Below are positions 58,122 to 64,000 of a stretch of 64,000 bases of DNA, one piece after another (within the stretch, counting starts at the first letter, position 1; each line of letters starts with the position of its first letter). The stretch lies in assembly GCA_031367195.1 (NCBI GenBank), contig JANLPL010000250.1, positions 12,569 to 76,568 of the forward strand, read 5' to 3'. This DNA is from Bradyrhizobium sp. GTDB taxonomy: Bacteria > Pseudomonadota > Alphaproteobacteria > Rhizobiales > Beijerinckiaceae. The translations under genes were made by a program, and so were the position numbers. The notes beneath the pieces were generated by a model. It had not been told where the DNA came from. It did no database searches and was given only the letters and a program-made list of their open reading frames with translations.

Positions 58122-59518
58122 TGCTGGAGCGCCTTGACGATGGAATCGGTGACTTTCTTGGCGTCGCCGAACAGCATCAGCGTGTTGTCGCGGAAGAACA
58201 GTTCGTTCTCGACCCCGGCGTAGCCCGAGCCCATGCCGCGTTTGACGAACAACACCGTCTTGGCCTTCTCGACGTCGAGAATTGGCATGCCGTAGATCGC
58301 CGATTTCGGATCGGTCTTGGCGGCGGGGTTGGTGACGTCATTGGCGCCGATGACATAGGCGATGTCGGCTTGCGCGAACTCGTTGTTGATGTCTTCCAGC
58401 TCGAACACTTCGTCGTAGGGCACGTTGGCCTCGGCCAGCAGCACGTTCATATGGCCGGGCATGCGGCCGGCGACGGGATGGATCGCGTATTTGATCTCGA
58501 CGCCCTCTTTCTTGAGGACATCGCACATCTCGCGCAAGGAGTGCTGCGCCTGCGCCACCGCCATGCCGTAGCCTGGCACGATGATGATCTTCGAGGCGTT
58601 CTTCATCATGAAGGCGGCGTCGTCGGCCGAGCCCTGCTTGACCGGCCGCGTCTCCTTGGCGCCCGCCGGCCCTGCCGTCTCGCCGCCAAAACCGCCGAGG
58701 ATGACGGAGAAGAACGAGCGGTTCATCCCCTTGCACATGATGTAGGACAGGATCGCGCCCGAGGAGCCGACCAGCGCGCCGGTGATGATGAGCGCCATAT
58801 TGCCGAGCGTGAAGCCGATGCCGGCCGCCGCCCAGCCGGAATAAGAGTTCAGCATCGAGATGACGACAGGCATATCGGCGCCGCCGATCGGGATGATGAG
58901 CAGCACGCCAAGCGCGAGCGCGTCGAGGGCGACGAGCCAGAACCAGAACGTCGACTGAGTCGCATAGAACATGACGATCAGCAGCAACAGCAGCAAGCCC
59001 AAGCCGCTATTGATCAGATGCCGGCTTGGCAGCATGATCGGCGCGCCCGACATGCGGCCGTCCAGCTTCAGGAAGGCGATGATGGAGCCGGTGAAGGTGA
59101 CGGCGCCGATCGCCAGACCGAGCGACATCTCGATCGTGCTGGCGGGGTGGATATGCACGCCGTCGCTGATGCCGAAGGCGACTGGCGCATAGAGCGCCCC
59201 CGCCGCCACCAGCACCGCGGCGAGGCCGACCAGCGAATGGAACATCGCGACCAGTTGCGGCATCGCCGTCATCTGTACGGTGCGGGCGCGCCAGGCGCCG
59301 ATGCCGCCGCCGATGCCAAAGCCCAAGAGCACCAGCACCCAGGAGAAGAACCCGTGCGGCGGGCTCAGCGCGAGTGTGGTGAGCACCGCCAGCCCCATGC
59401 CGGCGATGCCGTAGCGGTTACCCTGCCGCGACGTAGCGGGCGAGGAGAGGCCGCGCAGCGCCATGATGAACAGGATGCCGGCGACGAGATAGAGCAGGGC
59501 GGCGAAATTGGCGTTCAC
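58118..59518 (-). CDS. pntB: NAD(P) transhydrogenase beta subunit
   Basis: MPQLVAMFHSLVGLAA, NSYSGWAAAG, VPGYGMAVAQAQH, HPVAGRMPGHMNVLLAEA, GANDVTNPAA. Confidence 0.97.
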   Translation of the reverse strand: MNANFAALLYLVAGILFIMALRGLSSPATSRQGNRYGIAGMGLAVLTTLALSPPHGFFSWVLVLLGFGIGGGIGAWRARTVQMTAMPQLVAMFHSLVGLAAVLVAAGALYAPVAFGISDGVHIHPASTIEMSLGLAIGAVTFTGSIIAFLKLDGRMSGAPIMLPSRHLINSGLGLLLLLLIVMFYATQSTFWFWLVALDALALGVLLIIPIGGADMPVVISMLNSYSGWAAAGIGFTLGNMALIITGALVGSSGAILSYIMCKGMNRSFFSVILGGFGGETAGPAGAKETRPVKQGSADDAAFMMKNASKIIIVPGYGMAVAQAQHSLREMCDVLKKEGVEIKYAIHPVAGRMPGHMNVLLAEANVPYDEVFELEDINNEFAQADIAYVIGANDVTNPAAKTDPKSAIYGMPILDVEKAKTVLFVKRGMGSGYAGVENELFFRDNTLMLFGDAKKVTDSIVKALQH

Positions 59519-59523
59519 GGCGC

Positions 59524-59946
59524 TCAGCCCTTTTTCTTGTACATTGCGAGCATCCGCTCGGTGACCATGAAGCCGCCGAAGATGTTCACGCTCGCCAGGA
59601 TCAGCGCGAGGAAGCCAAGCAGCTTGGCGAAGTTCGAACCAGCGTTGACGCCGGCGACGCCGACCGACAGCAACGCTCCGACGACGATGACGGAGGAGAT
59701 CGCGTTGGTGACGCTCATCAGCGGCGTGTGCAGCGCGGGCGTCACCGACCAGACCACGTAATAGCCGACGCACACCGCCAGCGCGAAAATCGCGAGCCGA
59801 AATACGAACGGGTCGATCGCGCCGCCGGTCGCGGCATGGGCGGTCGCGGCGAGCTGGTCGGCATAGGCTTCGGCCTGCGCGGCGGCGTCGCGCGCGGCGG
59901 CGGCGGCCGCCCTTGCGCGATCAATGCTGGCGTCGAGGTTGTCCAT
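59524..59946 (-). CDS. pntA: NAD(P) transhydrogenase alpha subunit part 2 (membrane)
   Basis: [31 protein letters not shown]; Ala-rich N-terminal extension. Confidence 0.95.
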   Translation of the reverse strand: MDNLDASIDRARAAAAAARDAAAQAEAYADQLAATAHAATGGAIDPFVFRLAIFALAVCVGYYVVWSVTPALHTPLMSVTNAISSVIVVGALLSVGVAGVNAGSNFAKLLGFLALILASVNIFGGFMVTERMLAMYKKKG

Positions 59947-59961
59947 CCGTGCCCCCTGGCT

Positions 59962-61089
59962 CTAGGCCGGTTTGAAATTGGGATGCGTCACCGCGCCGTC
60001 CCGGGTGAGCAAGGTCGCCTTGACCAGCTCGTCGTCCCAATTCACGGCGAGCTTCTTTTCCGCTTTGTCGATCAAGGTCTCGACGAAGGCGAACAAGTTG
60101 CGCGCGTAAAGCGAGGACGCGGTCGAGGCGAGCTTGCGCACATCGGAATAGCCGACAATCTTCACCCCGTTGTCGGAGACGACGAGTTCGTTCGGCTTCG
60201 AAAGCTCGCAATTTCCGCCGCGCTCGACCGCGAGATCGATGATCACCGAGCCCGCCCGCATCGAGGCGACCATCGCGGCGCTGACGAGTTTGGGCGCCGG
60301 TCGGCCCGGGATCAGCGCCGTGGTGATGACCACGTCCTGCTTGGCGATATGGGTTGCGACCAGCGCGGCCTGCTTGGTCTTGTAGGCGTCCGACATTTCC
60401 TTGGCGTAGCCGCCCTTTGTCTCCGCCTGCTTGAACTCCTCGTCTTCGACCGCGACGAATTTGGCGCCGAGCGATTCGACCTGTTCCTTGGTGGCGGGGC
60501 GAACGTCGGTCGCGGTGACGATCGCGCCGAGGCGGCGCGCCGTGGCGATCGCTTGCAGGCCGGCGACGCCGACGCCCATGATGAAGGTCTTTGCGGCCGG
60601 CACGGTGCCGGCCGGCGTCATCATCATCGGGAAGCCGCGCCCATATTCGGCCGCCGCGTCGATCACCGCGCGATAGCCGGCGAGATTGGCCTGGCTGGAC
60701 AGCACGTCCATCACCTGCGCGCGTGTGATGCGCGGCATCAACTCCATTGCGAACGCGGCGACGCCCGCCCTGGCGAGCGCCTCGATCTCCGCGACATGGC
60801 CGTAAGGGTCTTGGATGGCGACGACGAGCGCGCCCGGTTTCAGCGCCTTGGTCTCATCCGCATTGGGACGGCGCACCTTCAGCACCACATCCGCGCCGAG
60901 CGCCTCCGCCTGCTCAACCAGCGTCGCGCTGACGGCCGCGAAATCCGCGTCCGTAAAGCCCGCGGCGAGACCGGCGCCTCTAGCGACGACCACCTCGGCG
61001 CCAAGGGTGATGAATTTCTTGACCGTTTCCGGCGAGAGCGCGACGCGCGTCTCACCCGCTTCGGTCTCTTTCGGCGCCCCGATGCGCAT
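59962..61089 (-). CDS. pntA: NAD(P) transhydrogenase alpha subunit part 1 (dI)
   Basis: PKETEAGETRVA, PRITRAQVMDVLSSQANLAGYRA, GVGVAGLQA, TALIPGRPAP, DLAVERGGNC. Confidence 0.96.
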   Translation of the reverse strand: MRIGAPKETEAGETRVALSPETVKKFITLGAEVVVARGAGLAAGFTDADFAAVSATLVEQAEALGADVVLKVRRPNADETKALKPGALVVAIQDPYGHVAEIEALARAGVAAFAMELMPRITRAQVMDVLSSQANLAGYRAVIDAAAEYGRGFPMMMTPAGTVPAAKTFIMGVGVAGLQAIATARRLGAIVTATDVRPATKEQVESLGAKFVAVEDEEFKQAETKGGYAKEMSDAYKTKQAALVATHIAKQDVVITTALIPGRPAPKLVSAAMVASMRAGSVIIDLAVERGGNCELSKPNELVVSDNGVKIVGYSDVRKLASTASSLYARNLFAFVETLIDKAEKKLAVNWDDELVKATLLTRDGAVTHPNFKPA

Positions 61090-61152
61090 GGCGTCTCCTC
61101 GATAGACGGGAAAGGCGGGGCGCCTCTGCGGGCGCCCACGCCGTGGCCTAAC

Positions 61153-61437
61153 TTACAGAACGATGCAGGCGAGGCCGAGAGCCACGAACACGCCCGCCGG
61201 CAAACGCCAGCCAAGGCCGGTTATGCCCGCCAGCGCGGAAGCGGCGATGTTGAGAATAAAGCCGATCAGCGCGACGAAGGGATGCCCCTCAAGGCCCCAC
61301 AGAACCAACAAAAGCATGATGTTGATGATATGGATCGTCAGATTCTCGGTCAGGCTCACGAAACCGGCGTAGGTCTCCTCGTGCGCCGATAAATCAAGCC
61401 CGAGATCCGCCTTCGCGACGCCCGCGTGATCCGACAT
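61153..61437 (-). CDS. aa3-type cytochrome c oxidase subunit IV-like small membrane protein
   Basis: MSDH...DLSAHEETYAGFVSL pattern then 3 short TM helices. Confidence 0.7.
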   Translation of the reverse strand: MSDHAGVAKADLGLDLSAHEETYAGFVSLTENLTIHIINIMLLLVLWGLEGHPFVALIGFILNIAASALAGITGLGWRLPAGVFVALGLACIVL

Positions 61438-61539
61438 TCCGACCGCCCCTCGATTTCCAAATGCTTCCGCCCCCCGCTTAGCTCATCAAACGGTGGGCCG
61501 CAACCGGCGGAAAGACTTTGATCGTAAGGGGCGCCCGGC

Positions 61540-61905
61540 CTATACGCGGGCCGCTTCGCCCGCCCGTTCGCCAGCCTTTTCACGACCGTCGAGCGATTCG
61601 AGCTTTTGCAGCTCGGCCAGCGCCTCTTCAAGCGCGGCCTTCGCGTCGTCGATCTGCGCGCCCAGTTCGACGATCGAACTCTTCAGATTGTCGCGCCGCC
61701 CCGCCGCCGCGCGAGCGTAGGTGGGATAGGCGAAGTGGGAGGGGTCGCTGATGCCGGCCCGCTTTTCCTCATTGCCGATCTCGCGGTCGAGATCGGCGAT
61801 CATGCGATTGAACTCGGCGCTCATCATCTCGATCTGACGGACGCGCCGGCGCTTCTCCTCGACCTGAAACCGTTTCAAACGGATTAGCGTGTCCCGCGAC
61901 TTCAT
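61540..61905 (-). CDS. fliJ: FliJ-like flagellar export protein
   Basis: MKSRDTLIRLKRFQVEEKRRRV...HFAYPTYA coiled-coil typical of Rhizobiales FliJ near ctrA. Confidence 0.8.
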   Translation of the reverse strand: MKSRDTLIRLKRFQVEEKRRRVRQIEMMSAEFNRMIADLDREIGNEEKRAGISDPSHFAYPTYARAAAGRRDNLKSSIVELGAQIDDAKAALEEALAELQKLESLDGREKAGERAGEAARV

Positions 61906-62084
61906 ACCAACGCACTCCCCACGAACTCGAAAACGCTTTATGCAAGCGCGCCGGACAGGCGCGCTTTCCCCACGAGACGGGTCGATGATGAATGAGGAAG
62001 GTTGCGCGTTGGTTACGCCGCGAAGAGCTCTCCTGAGGATTGTGTGGGGATGGAGCGAAAATTTCGCGAGGCTGACCGCATGCG

Positions 62085-62342
62085 TTAGGGCTTCGTTTAC
62101 CCGCGTCATTAACACTAACACCAATGCGTAAATTTGCGTCGCGATGCGGAAGGGAAAACCGCAAAAGGGTGAGTCCGATGAGTCGGCTAACGGACGAGGC
62201 TGAGGAATAGGTTTAAGTAGCTTCATCCTGAAAAACCTAGTGTTTCTTTATGTTTATAGGAATCCAGATCGACCGTGACAAAGGGCTTGCAGGCGTGATT
62301 CAAGGTTTGTTAACCAATGTGGCGCAAACGTTGCGTCGATTC
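62085..62342. promoter_or_regulatory. ctrA/fliJ divergent control region with CtrA-like boxes and clustered GANTC (CcrM) sites
   Basis: TTAG-N7-TTTAC 62085-62100; TTCA-N7-TTAAC 62299-62314; GANTC at 62171, 62180, 62260, 62297, 62338. Confidence 0.68.
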
Positions 62343-62444
62343 GGAATGGCGGTCGGCTTCGGCGTCGCGGGACGGCGAGGCAAGAATAAGTCGGCGACGG
62401 ACGTTGCTGTCGGGCGGCGGCGATCCATGGCGGGGATCTAGAAC

Positions 62445-63143
62445 ATGCGGGTTCTTCTCATCGAGGACGACAGCGCCACGGCGCAGAGTATCGAACTGAT
62501 GCTCAAGTCGGAAAATTTTAACGTTTACGTCACGGATCTCGGCGAGGAAGGCATCGACCTCGGCAAGCTCTATGACTACGACATCATCCTGCTCGACCTC
62601 AACCTGCCCGACATGTCCGGCTATGAGGTTTTGCGCTCGCTCCGGGTCACCAAGATCAAGACGCCGATCCTGATCCTTTCCGGCATGGCCGGGATCGAGG
62701 ACAAGGTGAAGGGCCTGGGGCACGGCGCCGACGACTATCTGACGAAACCGTTCCACAAGGACGAACTCGTCGCGCGCATCCACGCCATCGTCCGTCGCTC
62801 GAAGGGCCACGCCCAGTCCGTCATCGTCACGGCCGACCTCGTCGTCAATCTCGACCAGAAGACCGTCGAAGTCGACAGCGCCCGCGTGCATCTGACCGGC
62901 AAGGAATATCAGATGCTGGAGTTGCTCTCCCTGCGAAAGGGGACGACGCTCACCAAGGAGATGTTTCTTAATCATCTCTACGGGGGAATGGACGAGCCCG
63001 AACTGAAAATCATCGACGTCTTCATCTGCAAGCTGCGCAAGAAGCTGGCCTCCGCCAGCGGCGGCCGCAACTACATCGAGACCGTGTGGGGCCGCGGCTA
63101 CGTGCTGCGCGAACCGCCCCCGGGCGACGAGCGCGCCGCCTGA
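62445..63143 (+). CDS. ctrA: Cell cycle master regulator CtrA
   Basis: [67 protein letters not shown]. Confidence 0.99.
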   Translation: MRVLLIEDDSATAQSIELMLKSENFNVYVTDLGEEGIDLGKLYDYDIILLDLNLPDMSGYEVLRSLRVTKIKTPILILSGMAGIEDKVKGLGHGADDYLTKPFHKDELVARIHAIVRRSKGHAQSVIVTADLVVNLDQKTVEVDSARVHLTGKEYQMLELLSLRKGTTLTKEMFLNHLYGGMDEPELKIIDVFICKLRKKLASASGGRNYIETVWGRGYVLREPPPGDERAA

Positions 63144-63168
63144 AGCTTTCTTCCCGCCGCCCTTGCAT

Positions 63169-63207
63169 CGCCCTGCCGGGTCCCCCCGGCGGGGCGTTTT
63201 CTCTTTT
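63169..63207 (+). terminator. Intrinsic terminator after ctrA
   Basis: CGCCCTGCCGG / CCGGCGGGGCG stem then TTTTCTCTTTT. Confidence 0.72.
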
Positions 63208-64000
63208 CACGCCCGGATGCGGGCCAGCATCTGCTCGACATGGGCGATCGGCGTCTCCGGCAGGATGCCGTGGCCGAGGTTGAAGATATGCGCGCGCGGG
63301 GCGAACGCCTCCAGCGCCGCCTCGACGCCCGCGTCGAGCGCCGCGCCGCCCGCGATCAGCGCCAGCGGGTCGAGATTGCCCTGAAGCGCGAGCCGGGCGG
63401 GCAGCAACGCGGCGGCGACGCGGGGATCAGCCGCCGTGTCGAGCCCGATCGCCGCCAGCCCCTCCACTTGCGCGAAGCGTCCGAGATGCGTCGCCGCGCC
63501 GCGCGGGAAGGCGATGATCGGCACCTCGGGCTTTTGCGCCCTGAGCCGGTTCACGAGGCGCTTCAGCGGCGCGACGCACCAGCGCTCGAATTCAGCCGAG
63601 GGCAGCACGCCCGACCAGGAATCGAAGATTTGCACCGCTTCCGCTCCGGCCTCGATTTGGCGGGCGAGGTAATCGGCGGAGCCATCGGCGAGCCGGTCGA
63701 TCAGCGTCGCGAACAGATCCGGATGGCGATAGGCGAACAGCCGCGCCGGCGCCTGATCCGGCGTGCCGCGCCCGGCGATCATGTAGCTCGCCACCGTCCA
63801 GGGCGCGCCGCAGAAGCCGATCAGCGCCGTCTCAGCCGGCAGCTTGGCGCGGACGCCCGCCACCGCCTCGAATACCGGCGCGAGCCGGGTCCAGTCCGGC
63901 GTCTCGCGCAAAAGGGCGAAATCTTCCGCCGTCTCGATCGGCGCGAGCCGCGGCCCCTCGCCGGTCTCGAAACTGACGCTTTGGCCCAGCGCGTCGGGCA
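63207..64000 (-). CDS. hemE: Uroporphyrinogen decarboxylase (5' end outside window)
   Basis: GFCGAPWTVASYMI, AVQIFDSW, LQGNLDP, HIFNLGHGI; frame open to window end. Confidence 0.96.
   Translation of the reverse strand, partial: PDALGQSVSFETGEGPRLAPIETAEDFALLRETPDWTRLAPVFEAVAGVRAKLPAETALIGFCGAPWTVASYMIAGRGTPDQAPARLFAYRHPDLFATLIDRLADGSADYLARQIEAGAEAVQIFDSWSGVLPSAEFERWCVAPLKRLVNRLRAQKPEVPIIAFPRGAATHLGRFAQVEGLAAIGLDTAADPRVAAALLPARLALQGNLDPLALIAGGAALDAGVEAALEAFAPRAHIFNLGHGILPETPIAHVEQMLARIRA

Noticed and set aside
59800-59946. Ala-rich N-terminal extension of the transhydrogenase alpha-2 subunit
   Set aside because: Similar extensions are, to my knowledge, common in Rhizobiales split PntA; not novel
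61889-62131. 80-aa ORF in the fliJ-ctrA spacer
   Set aside because: No SD or family motif, overlaps the fliJ start and regulatory motifs; probably non-coding

Overview
GC-rich alphaproteobacterial chromosome segment (Hyphomicrobiales-like; inferred from ctrA, the cpa/tad locus and the Rhizobiales-type bcsN cellulose operon). Mostly core/metabolic genes: acyl-CoA dehydrogenase, SDR, two paralogous MFS transporters, a five-gene coupled methyltransferase/glycosyltransferase operon divergent from a Flp pilin plus cpaABCDEF-tadBC locus, uvrD, RraA-family gene, frameshifted class I fumarase, CoA-ester lyase, ALDH, Fe-ADH, ROK regulator-zwf-pgl, a Frc-like sugar ABC transporter, a bcsA-bcsB-bcsZ-TPR-bcsN cellulose operon, an OYE oxidoreductase, split pnt transhydrogenase, fliJ-like gene, ctrA and partial hemE. 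No rRNA, tRNA, CRISPR array, transposase or integrase was recognised. Most notable: (1) an accessory two-gene module of a DUF1353-like protein with an HDxxY motif plus an intact caspase-like protease fused to about 8 Gly-rich membrane helices (candidate defence/cell-death or signalling system); (2) a 3255-aa secreted TPR-like protein in the cellulose operon built from three tandem ~820-aa units; (3) a TrpD/YbiB-like-SUMT (CysG/CobA methylase) fusion; (4) a fumarase frameshift near the alpha/beta domain boundary. All family assignments are by eye from motifs; no searches were run.
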